Shown piece after piece: positions 12,551-26,486 of a DNA stretch of 64,000 bases. This DNA comes from Hemiscyllium ocellatum. Its lineage: Eukaryota. The first letter of the stretch is position 1; each line of letters opens with the position of its first letter. The DNA is taken from the NCBI RefSeq assembly GCF_020745735.1, contig NC_083445.1, positions 9,548,001-9,612,000 of the forward strand. Reading direction: 5' to 3'. The notes beneath the pieces were generated by a model. It was not told where the DNA came from. It saw only the letters and a program-made list of their open reading frames with translations, and made no database searches. A program made the position numbers and the translations under genes.

Positions 12551-15149
12551 AGTATGGAATTAGTATAATGGCGGGTAAAATGAAATACAAAAACTTAACC
12601 AAATCAGCATTTCAACAAATTTTTAAAACGTTTTAACCCAAGTTTTGAATCTGCTTCGGACACTGTTAGAGCTCTAACTCTATTGCATTGTAAAGTTCAT
12701 TTGAATAAATTATTGCTAATAGCAAAACGAAAGTCGCAAATGCTGCATTTAATTAAATTGAGAACGTGTTCTGGAAATTTAACGAGATATCAACTAGGTA
12801 GGCTTTTTGCATGTAGAGAGAGAATAAGCTCTGAAAGTACATAAACTGAATACTTAGGAAAAAGTTTCAATTTAACATGTTTTTTTTAGTTGAGATTACT
12901 GGAGCTCGAAATTGGATATTCATCCAAACGAACATCTACTTGCAGTATGTCAGCCTGTCCAGAGCGTTTATGATATTGTCTGAAATCAACTTTGAGCACG
13001 GTACGTAACTAAAACAGTGGAGGTTTGGTTAATCTGTCTTGGCTTTCTCACCTACACCACCCCACCTCAACTTTTTTTCACCACTACCACCTTCAGTCCC
13101 CTTCTCGCGAAACCCTGCCGGGCGCTTTAAAACAAAACATCCTTCGCACAGCTCCTTACAAGCAGACAAAGCTAAACCTGGGGAGGGGGCAATTTTTCAA
13201 AAATCCACGCTGGCACAAAATTCTTTACTGGATATATTGGGAGTCAGCTACAAAGTCTACAAAATGAACCCATGACCAGTTGATTGCCTGCAGCAACTGA
13301 AATGTGTGGAGCTGAAAGGGTTAAAGGGTTTGAAACTTGTACGGAACTGTTGACTCCTTAACGCAATCCCTGCACATTATTCCTTAAATTATCGATCCGG
13401 AATTCATCCGCGTAAATTTCAATTTCATTCAGACAAAGGATAGTAATTTCCCATTGTGTTGAATCTGTTTTACAGTGGGTCAGTATTGCATAAACCGTTC
13501 TGTCGGGTAATCTCATTGGAAACTTTGTCTCTCCTTTACACGCCCTGTCGCGATTTTTAATATGTCCAAACCTCGAGATATAGCTGCCCATCAAATGTAA
13601 TTTAATTTATTCTCTTTTACTTTATGAAAAATGCCAAGCGAAAGGTCGAAAGAGTCAAAAATTAGATTCAGCAAATCAGGCAAGCCATTTGAAAACTACA
13701 AAGTTTTTTTTACTCTCTCCCTCTCGCTAAGGTGCTTGGAATGGGAGATTGTCTTACTTCACTCGAGAGAATCATGTCGAGGTTGTCACGCTTTCAAAAC
13801 CCATCCAAAAGTCCGATCCTATTCACAATATAGTGATTCCTGACTTTAAGCCCAAGAATACAGAGAAACTAGACAATATTTCTACTAATGCGCAGTAGAA
13901 AAAGCAAGAATAGCTGCTAGTGATTCTTCGTGGGATTTTCATTTTTTAAAAAAATCATGTTTTCTTATCTCTTAAAACGCCGTTATTAGTTGTCTCAAAA
14001 GAAACGGTAGTCGCCTCCTTCTTTACCCCTATTAAATAGCAAATGTTCATTACTAAAGTGATTTGACTGCGTATTGCTGTTATTATATCTGAAATGAAAT
14101 ACTGGCCAGTGAATCCATCAAATAACACTCTTGGTGTTTCTGTGATTTCGCCCCTTTTATTTTCAACACATTTATTTGCCATTTGCGTTTGTACCAGCGG
14201 CACTCTGGTGTATTCGGGGGACACTGCAGCACCGATAGAATCATCATCATCACACATGCTTGTCAGATGTATTCCCAGATGTTGCAATTTCCCTCTCCCC
14301 GCACAGTCCCTATTTGCCCTGTCTGCGGATCTCTCTGTACATTTGAAAACTGCTGGGGAAATTCGCGGATACCTGTTGTAAAGCGCAGGAGCACTGAAGC
14401 TAGTGAAATGTTGCAACTTTGATGAGTTAAATCCAATTGCAGGATTGGCGCCGGGTCCATCTCGGTGGTACACATTGAAGAAATTCTGTTGGGATACAAC
14501 TTGCAGTCATCCTAATTCAGAATGTGTTGATTAAACCAGCACATCACTGTTTACAGTAACAGTAAACTCTTGGATTTTTAACAGGGGCTAAAACAGGTTT
14601 ATTTAGTAGGGGCATTTTGTTTTTTTTGTAACAGTTCCATTTAGATAAAAGCCAGACATTTAGAAGTTTCAGGTTACTTTTGGAAGCTCAAAGGCTATCC
14701 ACAATAGAACCATCAATCGACAAATTGTTTTAAAGCAAAGACAACGTAGTGAAGAAGGTTTGGGATAAACTGCAAGCATAATATCTAACAACTGCTGAGG
14801 TTGTGATGGTAAACTAAAGTCAACCTGGACAGTTCAGGGCTATATTTTAAACCGATTAATTTTAAAGTTTGCTATAGGTTTTATACACACACATATACAA
14901 ATTGACTTCACTCACTGTTATCAAATCTGCATTCTACAGGGAAAAATTGGAACTAATTAACACCTCCCTCCCTTCTAGAGGACTGACACTATTAACTTTG
15001 TATTTTGTGGTGGTCACAGGGCGGGGGTGTCCTTTCAGGGAAACATATTTTAAGTTTTGGACGGAAATCGGTTCCCTCTGCTGGAAATAACATATTTGAT
15101 TTGGATAGTCTGGTATCTGCGAGGCTGAACTTGTTCTCTAACGTTCACT

Positions 15150-16300
15150 GTTAACAAGTTGCCCTGCCATTGTCTCCTTCAACACTTAGCGCCGACCGTT
15201 TTCTCTCCCTCTACCGAAAAAAGGAGAAACAGCTCGTAATTTAGCAAACCTGTCAGCACTTTTGCAAAACAAAAATAACGCAGTTCAATTATTTGCACGC
15301 ACCATTTGCGAAATCGCTCCTGTTTTGGTCTCTTTTTTCTGTTTGAACTAACACCACCAACCCCGCCCTCACCACCATGTCCCTTCGCTGGTTCTACCGG
15401 AGAACGTACGAGACCGAATGCACTCGCATACATTGTCGGCAACTTTCCCTCTGCGTCGCTGCCTCTTTAAAACAACCCCCAGTTCATGGCTTTTCACTCT
15501 GTAATTCTGCTCAAAAACATACACACAGGGACACACACAGACACAGCAGCTGCTCTCCCAGCGCTTATAGACCAGATGCAAAACAAAACACACACACACA
15601 CACACACACACAAAAGTTATTAAACAAATCACGGCTCAACTCCGACACCGGAGCGGTTAGTTAGTTAGTGAGGGAAGTGGGACTTATCGGCTCTCTCTCA
15701 AACCCCCCCTCTCTCTCTCTCTCTGTCTCCCCTCTGCAGTGTTTGAAGAGATTTCTGTTCTGAGCACACAGACTGCTTTTCTTGACAATGCTCCGAGACG
15801 AACAGTGAGCCGGGAATGCCGCGCAACTACAATGCTGCAGAGGTTAGAATAACTTTTTTTTAAAAGAAAAAAATATAAAGAACAGTTTCACCGAAGCCGC
15901 GAAGGAAAAGGCATAACTTTAACCTGGGAAAGCCGATCCCAGAAAGGAAAAGACAGTGAAATGCATAGAGAAAAGGAAAACCTTCATGTGTCGGACTATT
16001 CGAAGGCAACTTTTGACTGAAATAATCTTTCTCTCTCTTTCTCTCTCGCTCTCTCGATGGTTTGGGACCGGCGCGCTTTATTAGACATGGACTTGCCTCC
16101 CGGACTAGGGAGTTTCCTGGATCTGCGGCTTGCAGTGGAAGTGATACAGTGATTTCTGGCAGATTTCCCCACACCACAATGGTACGTGTTGTGTGAATCG
16201 GGAATTCTCTTTCTCTCTTTCAATACTTTCTGAGAAGACTTTTTTTAAAGCAAAAAAACACCAGTGCAATAGAAAGTGGAATGTAAGCCCAGTTTAATAC
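15150..16300 (+). promoter_or_regulatory. Second CpG-rich promoter-like region (candidate upstream NFI promoter)
   Basis: CpG-rich, TE-free, with (CA)n and (CT)n tracts at 15590-15730. Ends in ccacaATG|gtacgt. Confidence 0.5.
16179..16181 (+). CDS. Candidate Met-only alternative first coding exon of the NFI gene (would give MDEFHPF...)
   Basis: acaATG immediately followed by the donor-like gtacgt (16182-16187), phase 0. Mammalian NFI genes have isoforms beginning M-DEFHPF. Inference only. Confidence 0.4.
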
Positions 16301-18479
16301 GCAGACTGACATCTGACACGTTTAAAGAAAGCACAAGTATTACGTTTATGAGATTTTGAATTTTGGGGGTTGAGAAAGGAATCTAACTTATTTTTTCCTA
16401 CGGCCTCGTACTAGTTAAAGGGGAAGAGAAGGTGGCGGTGATGGTCGTGGAGATGTGTGTGTATGTGTGTGTGTGTGTGTGTTTTTTGGGTTGTCTAATT
16501 TGCTGCTAAATCGCCGCCTTTATGTTGTAGTGCGAAATGCTGCATATCCTTCTGAACGAAGCTAATTCTTCGCCCTCCCCACCCACAAGAATGTGCATTT
16601 TGATCACTTTTCCCTCTTTATTTACAAATATTGACGTGTAAATATTGCATGAATTTGCCTTCCTACCCCTTTTAAACTGACCAATTCTTTTTTGAAAAAA
16701 AAATCAAAATTCTTATTCCTTCAAACCCGAGAATGTATGAACCTCCATTTATTCTCTCCATGCAGACCATATAGAGCTATTCCATATAGTTTCATGCTAT
16801 GAGATTATTTTAAGTCAGTTTCACTCCATAGGAAATCTGATGACATTGGCAATTTTTAAAATCAGTTTACCCGGTTCGTTCCTTATAATGTCCCGAGTCT
16901 ATTTTAAAATGTATCCTTTCTTTGCGCCTGTCACTTTTGCACAGTATTTAGATCAGTCTCGTTTATTAGTAGTTTGTCTGTGTGGTACGATTTTATTTTG
17001 TATATTTCATGTCGAGAGACCTGTGTGACTATTTAGGTAAGCGTATTGGCTTGATCGCATCCGAAGTTTTAGCAAATAGGTGGAAAGATGCAAGTCTCGT
17101 CAACTGTGTATTTTTGCAAGAACTGTTTTCTCACGGGGTTCGGGGGAATGGCGTGGGGAGTGGTGAGGGTGGCTGCCCCAGAAAAGTTTCATAGATTGTG
17201 GTTCTGTCAGAGAGGACAGAGAAGAGATAAATATTTTAAAAAATTAAATATAATCCACCAACCATAAAACAGTTAAATTAAAAATTCCAGCCTGATTCTC
17301 TTTACAGTCTCTATAGCCACTTTCCTAATCAATTAGTACCTGGAGCAATTTCGCCGAGGTCGCATTGTTAGGCTGGCAACATTATTTTTAAAAATGAAAT
17401 AAAATACAACTGAGGCAGTCTTGCAATACTTTGTGACTGAGTTTGATATCACCTTTGTAAGACCTGTCTTAGTTGTAGCCGGTCGTGTGTGTGTGATTTA
17501 TAGACTGTAATTTACCTGTTAATTCATATTACATTTGTTTACTGATTCCGGGTTATAGTGCACGATGGTTTGCCATTTAGTGTTTTATGTTGCCCTTGCT
17601 TGTCTCTCAGTCAATTATTTTAAATTGTGGAGAAAGTTTATTTTTTCAGCCGTTCTAGTAAACCAAACAAGAACGCGCACTTTCTGATGGAGATTTTAAT
17701 CACTTGCAGGCCTGCAGTTTAAGTGTAGCAGGCAGATCAAAAGGGAGGGCTATGTGATTGGAGTGGTGGCACATTGTGCGAATGCTTTCAGGAGCTGTTA
17801 CGCCGAGAATGGTTTAAGTTTCGCCGACGCTGAATAATTGTTTTTTTTGTGTAAATCAGCTGCCTGTGTTAAGCCGTTTCTCCCTCTAACCCGCCAGCAG
17901 CATCTGAAGCGCCCTGCGTAACTGCTTTGGGGAAGAGGAGTTCATAGTGGTACGGCAGCCGAGTTAACCTGTAGACGCCGATTTTTCCTCATCCCAACCT
18001 CTCCTGTGCAGGGGGGAAGGGGCAGGATGACGAAAAAAAATGTAGTGCAGTGTTACCGAGTGTTACCAGGAACAGTTGGGTCATCTTGCAGGAAGAAATT
18101 ATTTAATTCTTATAATTGTTGAATTTACAAATAACTTGTAGGTCACAAACGGGGGGAGGGGTGGGGGATGGTTGAGGGAAGCGATTGTTTAACTATTACC
18201 ACTGATTAACATGAAGTTTGATTTATTTTCTGCAGTTTCAATATACTGGGAGGTAAATTTGAATGGTGCACAATTGCTGAAATTCATACACAGCGTGGTT
18301 TGTTGCAGATGACAGATTGTTAACTAACTAATTCCGTTTCTGCCATAGTTTTCATACCACAACAGTAAAATTCACTTTGGCCCATTTATTTCAGAGTGTT
18401 GAATTACTGGACAGTTTAGTTTAAAATTAAATTGAAGGAAATTAATATTGCAATTTTGGATGTTTTGCAGGGAGAATTT

Positions 18480-18890
18480 TAGAAGGTGTTCTGTGGGAAT
18501 GGGACTTTTTTCATATTTTATACCTATACTTGAGAGACGTTCAAAATTGTGAATGGTCTAGGCAGAGTGGGAAGAGAGAAACTGTTCAGACTGGGGAAGG
18601 GTCAAGAACCAGAGGGCACCCATTTAAGGAAAGAAGCAATGGCAACATGAAGAAAAACATTTGCATTCAACACGAGAGTTCAGAGTCTGGAAGGAGCTGC
18701 CTGAGAATGTGGCAGATTCAATTGTGGATTTCAAAAGCGAATGAGGCAAGCACTTAAAGAATAAACACTCGCACCGATATGAGGGAAAAGGCTGAGGAGT
18801 CGATTTGATTGGATGGCTTGAACAGAGAGACAGCATGTATCTGATGGGATGAATGACCATCTTCTGTGCTGTGATCATTCCATGATTCTC
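18480..18890 (+). mobile_element. Degenerate CR1 LINE 3' end
   Basis: gtcaagaaccagagggcacccatttaagg (SRTRGH motif), followed by a CR1-type 3' UTR. Confidence 0.65.
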
Positions 18891-19039
18891 CTCTCACAGG
18901 GCTTTTGCTCCTCTATTTTTATCCTTGGCCCACTGGTCCTGCATTAGTGGCTAATATTCAGACACTGCTGAGGGCATCTCTTCACTGATCCATGTGAATG
19001 GTGCAGGGGACATTAGTTATCCAGGCCCTTCACCGGCAA

Positions 19040-20190
19040 ATGTTTCTTCTTTGTTCACATGATGTTGGTGTCTTTGACAAGGCCAATATTTATAACTGAT
19101 CCCTTTGCCCTTGAGAAGGTGATGCTTAGCTGCCTTCTTAAATCATTGCAGTCTTGGGGGGATGTGTTTAGACTCACACACGCTATGCTGTGGGGAAGGG
19201 AGTTCCATGATTTTGACCCAGTTACACTGAGAGAATGGTGATGTATTTCCAAATTAGGCTGGTAAATGGCATGAAGGAGAACTTGCAAGTGGTGGTGTTC
19301 CCATGTATCTGCTGTCCTCCTTCTCGATTGCAGGTTTGAAAGTGCTCTGTTAGGAGCCTTAGTGAGTTACTGCAGTGCATCTTGTAGATGGTGCATTGCG
19401 CTGCTACTGAGTCTCAGTGGTCAAGGGAGTAAGTATTGAAGGTGGTAGATGTGGTGCCAGTCAAGCGGGCTAGTTTGTCTTGAAAGGTGCCAAACTTCTT
19501 ATGTATTGTTGGAATACACTGATCCAGGCAAGTGGCGAGTATTCCACCAATTTCCTGACTTGTGTTTTGTAGATGATAGACAGACTTTAGTGAGTCAGCC
19601 ACGACAGAATTCCCAGCATCTGACCTACTCTTAACAGTCAAATTATTTATATAGGTAGTCCACTTTAGTTTCTAATCAACTGTAACCCCCAGGATATTGA
19701 AAGTGAGGGATCGGTAAAGGTAATGCTATTGATTGGCAAAGGGAGGTAGTTACATTCTCTTTTGTTGTAGATAGTCATTGCCTGGTACTGTGTGGTATGA
19801 AGTTACTTGCCACTTGTCAGTCCAAGCTTGGGTATTATCCAGGTCTTGCTGCATTTGGACATGGAGTGTTTTAATATATGAGGAGTCACGAATAGTGCTG
19901 AACATTGTGCAATCATTAGTGAATGTCCCCCACTTCTGAACTTATGATGGAGGGAAGGTCATTGATGAAGCAACTGAAGTTGGTTAGGCCCTGGATATTA
20001 CCCTGAGGAACTCCTGCAGAGCTGTCCTGGAGCTGAGATAATTGGCCTCCAACAACCACTACCATCTTTCTTTTTGATAGGTATGGAGTCATTGTTGGAG
20101 TAATGTGTCTCCTTATTCCCATTGTATCAGCTTTACTGGGGCTCTTAGGTCCATATATTGTCAAACTTGGCCTTGATATCACCTCACTCT
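19040..20190 (-). mobile_element. CR1/L2-clade LINE 3' portion (degenerate RT)
   Basis: Minus-strand peptide GVPQGNIQGLTNFSCFINDLPSII (RT motif B); GSKSWNSLP near the 3' end; tail shared with SINE family A. A related fragment lies at ~22680-23090 (+). Confidence 0.75.
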
Positions 20191-23100
20191 CACCTTATCT
20201 GCACCCATGAAACCAGACAACGACTTGCCAATCTTCAGAGTGGATAGGAGAGAGAAGGGAATTTGTGGGCATAACTATCAGTTGAGGTCAAGGCAATGCT
20301 GACTGAAATTCCTGTGCTATGCAAAGATCTGTAATAATAACATTAAGATGAGAGTATATATCACCTACAGTACAGGAAAGTATTGAGATTGTGAGGAAGA
20401 ACAGAGCAAGAAAATATATTTTGAGAAAATATTTCTTGATTTGCCTGCTAAAGACTGCGACTGAAAATAACACAAAAATATTGTTTTTGAAAGTTTATCT
20501 TCAAAAGTATATTCGAAGCCTTTCAGTTACAACCTGGAAAGGTTTTACAAATCCAATTGCATGTTGTTCAGTCTGAAAGTATTAACAATTTGAAGGTATG
20601 TTTGTTGATTGTTACTGGGCCTGTGTATACGTGATTATTTTTGTTATAGTCTCTGGTTTCCGATGATTGCTTCTCTCCCATTGTATGGCCTGAACAGTCG
20701 GAGAAATCTTTGCCAGTGTGACTTCTGAGTCAGCCCTCAGGAGGTGGGGGTCGGAGGAATGAACCACGGGGCTGATGTCCCTTCTGTGATGCCTGCTGGG
20801 CTACATCCCTCGCCACCATGCAGCACATTTCTAGATGGGCAGGTTGCCATTCAGGAATGGTCGTTTGGGGTCACAGAAAGTGGCAGGTGGAGTACCTTAG
20901 TCTTGCCAGTCTTACATGCCAGCTTCCTTCCCCCACCCCCTGCAGTGCCTTGCTTTCAAATCCTTTGTAGCTGCCTGTGGCTGCCATCTTTCTCATAGCT
21001 TGGGCAAGCATTGCCTTCAGGGGCTTTAGACATCTCCCACTGCACTGGGCTGCTCACAATGCACTAGCAGGAGGAGTGCATCTGTAAGGACAGAAGCAGT
21101 TCTGCCAATTTCTCTCCTTCCCTTCCTCCCCCTCCCAACAACCTCCCCCCCCCCCCCCCCCCCCAACCACCACCACCGTTTGTGCTCATCATAGTGACCC
21201 TCCACTGCCATCTGCTGTGTTATCTACCAGCCACAAAATAAAGGATAGGGTTGACATAAAAGTTTTGTTTTCAAAAGAAAAGGAATGAGGAAAAAATATA
21301 CACAAGGAAGATTGCAATGCAAATGCGATAGAATCTAAACAGATCATCTCCACTCCAATACATACTGCGGTACAGAATGTGGAGTCATTATGACCATCTG
21401 TTTAGATGCTATCATGCTAACTACAGCAGAACTGCAAAGCCACATACATAAAGACACACGCACACACTATCTCTCTCTCTCTCTGTCGCAAAAAACCTCC
21501 ATTACAAGGGGCTTCTGAACACAGAATAGCAGCCCTTCAGCATCAATAGTGAGGCATACTTGTGCCAGCAGTCCCTCCGCTGCAGTCCTTGTGAGTGAGT
21601 CAACAAAACATTATGAGAAATCGCCTCATTCTCCCTTTTCTTTTGCTACGGTATGACAGCCTGCAACATGGACCTTTCTGGATTTGTGACCATTGCGGCA
21701 TTCCTTTGTTATCTTTGCAAGCAGGTGGGAGTGGGGCAGTTGTGGGGGGTGGGGGAGAGGGTGGCTAGGGTGGTGATGTATGGGGTTTTGGGAAGCTTTG
21801 AAATGTGGGGATGATTGAGTGGTTGGACTTGAGAGAGGGGTTGGAAGGAGGTGGGGAAATGGGTGTTTACTGGGAAAACAAAATCTCGCAAATAGCCAGA
21901 AACACCATCAAGCTGCCATTATCCAGGATTGCACAGTAGCAGATAGATTCCCTAATATGAAACCACCTGATCTGAGGCAGCTGCTCTCAAGCATCCCAGT
22001 GGATGCAGTGGCAATAATTTAAATAGTAAATTTTGTATAATAACAAAATCAGCCTGACACATGGGCAAATGGATGCAATGAGGTAATCTCATACACTCTG
22101 ATTAAAAATGGCAAAGCCTTGTTTTTGCCAGCCTTTAGCAGACTGGCAGTGAAAGCATGTAAAGAATCAGGATCCTCTATGTCTCGCATGGAGCCTATAG
22201 CTAGAGCTGTGTTTTCGATTGAAAAACATTGACGCAAACTGCACTGCAAATGTGTCCTAATATAGCCAAATCAAGTTTAAGATAGAATATTGAAAAAATA
22301 TTGAGTAAGTTCCCAGGAGTGGATGGAGGGGAAACCTGCCTTTTCTGCAGTGTTGGCTGTTTTGGTGTGTTACAACATCCATTCAGCAATTTCATTCTGT
22401 CTTGGCTGCATGTTCTCCCTTCAGATGGCTTTTTGAAACAATTCTCAGAGCTTGGGGGTGAGGAGGGTGTCGTGGTGGGGGGAGGGGGTGGGGAATGTGT
22501 GGAGGAGAGGGGGAACAAACGGAGATAATTAATGAAGTGCAGTTACTTGTAACCCTGAGGTCCTTAGATCACTCGAGTTCTGGGTTTTGATTACGTAAGT
22601 GGGGCATGACTGAATGGTTATTAGGGGAAGATCCATGCTTCTCCAGATGGCCAAGGTAAAATGGAAAGGTTGTGTTGATGAGTTTCTCCTGCACATATCC
22701 CGGTAGCATTGAGAGAGCCTAAGGACTGTGGATTCATACGTTGCCATGGCTGGTATATTGGTATGAGATCCTTCGACAGCACCTTCCAATCCCATCATGT
22801 CTACCACCCTGAAGAACAAGGGCAGATGTACATGGTAACACCTCTCTTGCAAGTTCCCCTCCAAGCCATGAGCCACTCTGATTTAGAAAAGTATCGCTGT
22901 TCCTTCATTGTCATTGGGTCAAAATCTTTGAATTCCCTACCTTAATTGCATTGTTGGTGTACCTTCATCCCAAGAACTGCAGTCTTTCAAGAATGTAGGT
23001 CATCATCCCCTTCTTGAGGGCAGTTGCAGAAAGGAAAAACTACTGGCCCAGGGAGTGATGCCCTCGTCCCATGGATGAATGAAAAAAAAATAAGAAAAAT

Positions 23101-23559
23101 AAAAATCAGGTAGAGGAGTAAATTATTTGCACTCAAACTTCTCTTGCTGTCTCTCTCTCTCTCTCTCTCTCTCTCTTGCTCTATTTCCTTTCTTTCCTTT
23201 TTCAGGTACATCAACTGCTGTTGGTCATTCCAACTTTCACCCTCCCCCACCCCTTTATTTGAAGCTTCAAATACACTATTATTTTGCATTGGATCCTTTT
23301 GCCCTTTGCATCAGCTGTAACTTATTGAGCAACTTGTCTCCGCACCAGAAAGCTGTGGCTTTAAGTCCCATGAAGAAATTTGAGCATGGCAATCTAGGCT
23401 AGCACTGCCAGTACAGTACAGTAATGAAAGAATGCTGTGCTGCCTGAGGTACTGTCTATCTAGCACTCTCAGATGAGATGTCAAAGGTCCCAAGGCCTCA
23501 ATTTTGCAGAAGAATTGAATTGGGAGGAGTTTTTTCTATGTCCACAACAAGATTTAAAG

Positions 23560-23875
23560 AATTCCTTCAGAGCAGACAGGGGCCATTCAGCCCATTGAGT
23601 CTGCACTGACACTGTGAAGACCATTCCACCCAGACCCCACATTTTCCATGGCTAATCCACTATCCTGGACACTCCAGGACAATTTTGGCACGACCACTCC
23701 ACCTAACCCACGTATCTTTGCATTGTGGGAGGAAACTGGAGTACCCAGTGGAAATCCATGCAGATATGGGGAGAACATGCAAACTCCACACAGACAGTCA
23801 CTAAGGGCTTGAATAAAATCGTGGTTCCTAGTGCTGTGAAGTAGCATTGCTAACCACTGTACCACCATGCCACCA
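23560..23875 (-). mobile_element. HE1-type SINE (diverged), nested in a Deu-domain SINE
   Basis: Homologous to the 60.2-60.8 kb copies. Flanks at ~23315-23545 and ~23878-24060 are two halves of a Deu-domain SINE. Confidence 0.8.
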
Positions 23876-25867
23876 TATCACTAAATTAATTGTATTACAA
23901 AATAATATCGGGCACTATCATATAGCAGCTTTCTGAACAGAAATTGGCTGCTTTGTTTCTCTCATTACAGCAGTGACAGCACTTCGGAAGTACTTTAAAT
24001 CAGTTCAAAGTGTTCTGCAATATCCTGAGGTTCATGGAAGATGCTACAGAAGTACAAATCTTTCCATTAAATCTTCCTTTCCATGAACCTATGGAATTAT
24101 CTACTGCAGAGGTTTGTACAGAATTTTCATGGAAAATACTAAAGAATGAAATCAATAGATTTATGGACACTAAAAGCATAAGGAGAGAGCAGGAATATGA
24201 TATTCAGATAGAGAATTGGCCGTGATCATATGAAACAACAGAGCAGACTTGATGAGCTAAATGGTCTACTCCTCTTCTTATTTTCTACATCCCTAAGAAT
24301 CCTCAGTTTATTGAAATCAAGAGCATCCTACACACATTCTGCCCCAAGTCTTTGAAAATGGCAATCTTTTTGCTTGTCGCAGTCATCCATTCTTCCCTCA
24401 GTCTTTTCAAAGCACTAATCATGAGGCCTTTTGGGCAATACTAATCTTGATCAGCAGGAAAACAATCTACCGGCTTTAAATCAACAGTGGTACTCTAACA
24501 ATTCTTCTCTCACAAGTTCAAGTCTTGCTCCTGGTTTTGAGCATATCATTTAAACTGACACTTCAGTGCAGTAAGAATGCTGAGATATTGTTTACCAAGA
24601 CTTCATCTTTTTTTCTCTCTGCCTCTTTTTTCCTCTTGAATTTACGTGAATCCAGTGGGTACTGATTTCGATCAGACCTTAAAATAGTTTTATTGGAATT
24701 GCTAGTTATTTTAAGATATGATTGGGAAGGTTCCTGTTTTAGGGTGGGGCTAGTTGGTTGGAGGTGTTAGTTTCATTTCAGTCAATACAATTGTGTGTGG
24801 CAGATGCCATTAAATGTGGCAACATGGAGTTAGGAAATTCCAGTTGTTTTTGCATTAAGCAGGGATCCATGTAGAAAGGGTTGGAGGAAGGAACAGAGTT
24901 GAGGGATTAATGAATCATTGATTACAAATGCACAAATAACATGATATATTAAAAGGAGAAGCAATCAGAATTCTCAGCAAGGACAAATTCAAAAAAGAGA
25001 GTACTGAGATTGGCAGAGGATGATCTGACTTTGAAGTCTCTTCCAGCTTTCTCCTGAACTGGATGCAGAAATGCTTTGTTTCACCCAGAAAGCAGCGCAG
25101 TCAGGGGATACACAACAAGGAGTTGTACTGTTGACTGGATGGGATGGGTTTGAATTGGTCGAATGGTCTTTTACACCTCCCTCTCCTTTTCTGTAGGTAT
25201 GTAGCTCACATCATGGAACATGGCCCTTCAACCGCATTTGTCAAAACTTCTGGGCTTGAGATTTGTCCGACCTGGCAGGAGAGGGGCCAACTGCAGAAAC
25301 AAGGAGTTAACACCCAGTCTGTTGGATGAGATGGGGACCTGAAGGCATGGGATGGGCACCACAGTTGTTTTTGGGAATGTGATGGAGGTGTTCCTCTAAA
25401 TTTCCACATTAGCCAACCCTAAAATTAATATGAGCTTCTTGTTGACTAAATTATCACTGGTTTCATCATTTGTATATCTTTTGGTTCTCACAAGTATGAA
25501 ATAGACATAATTTAAACTGAAGATGCCAGAGCTTCATTGAGTTGATGTTTTGCTGAGGTCTGAGATGTTACTCAACACATGACTGCAGTGTAGCAGTAAC
25601 TGTGGCATTCTCAGGACAATTAGGTCCTAGCTCCTTACAATAAAATCACAGTATAATAGCTCTCTTTCTTCAAAATAGATAGAATGCCTTTATCTCAGTA
25701 TATTTGTTCCAATCATTAACTCCCTTTTCCAAAAACAGAGACAATTTATAAGTAATCTGAAGACCTTGAGAATCTGTTTCAGCTTTTCTCTTCCCAAAAT
25801 ATTATTCATGGCATTGTTTGGTAGAATGTTGTACCTCCTTCTTATAGGGTTGACATCAATGATCTCA

Positions 25868-26150
25868 CTGGTGAGTTGCACATTGTTGGTTAGTGACATG
25901 GTTAATAAGTGATCTTGCTGGTTAGTGACTTAGCTGGTTATTGACATTATGAATTAATGTTGCTGCTGGTTAGTGGGGATATTGTTTCATGACATTGTTA
26001 AGTAGTGATGTTGGTTGTTAGTGATATCGTTGGTTAATGATGCTGGTTAGTGATGTTGCTAATTAGTGACATTGTTGGTTAGTGATTTTGCTGGTTATTG
26101 ATGTTGCTGGTTAGTGATATTGTTGGTTATTGATGTTGCTGGTGTTGTTG
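25868..26150. repeat. Minisatellite, ~16-19 bp unit (tgttgctggttagtga)
   Basis: About 15 diverged copies. Confidence 0.85.
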
Positions 26151-26486
26151 ATTTTTTTTCTTTTATCCAGCTCAGCCAAACATTGAACACTGACTCAGGT
26201 TCTTCTTATTTGTCCACGGGCTTTGGGCTTTGCGTATATCTTTAAGTCACACTTTGACCAATAACATTTACAGGCTTCCAGGCTATTCATGATTGGATCC
26301 TGTATGTGTGCATTTTGTCTTCTCAGCAGTTCAGACAGGGGTTTTACAGGTTTTGTATGTTGACCCACTTCTATTATTACTTGACACTTTGAGGGTGCAT
26401 CTTGTTTGACAGAATTGTCTTATACTTAGAATATAAATAAAACTCTTAAGATTATTTCATGCCAGCTTTGAGAACCAGTTGTAAAT

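Noticed and set aside
13955-14473. 172-aa minus-strand ORF and overlapping ORFs
   Set aside because: Non-ATG start, no recognisable domain, and similar-length ORFs in several frames; not supportable as a protein-coding gene.
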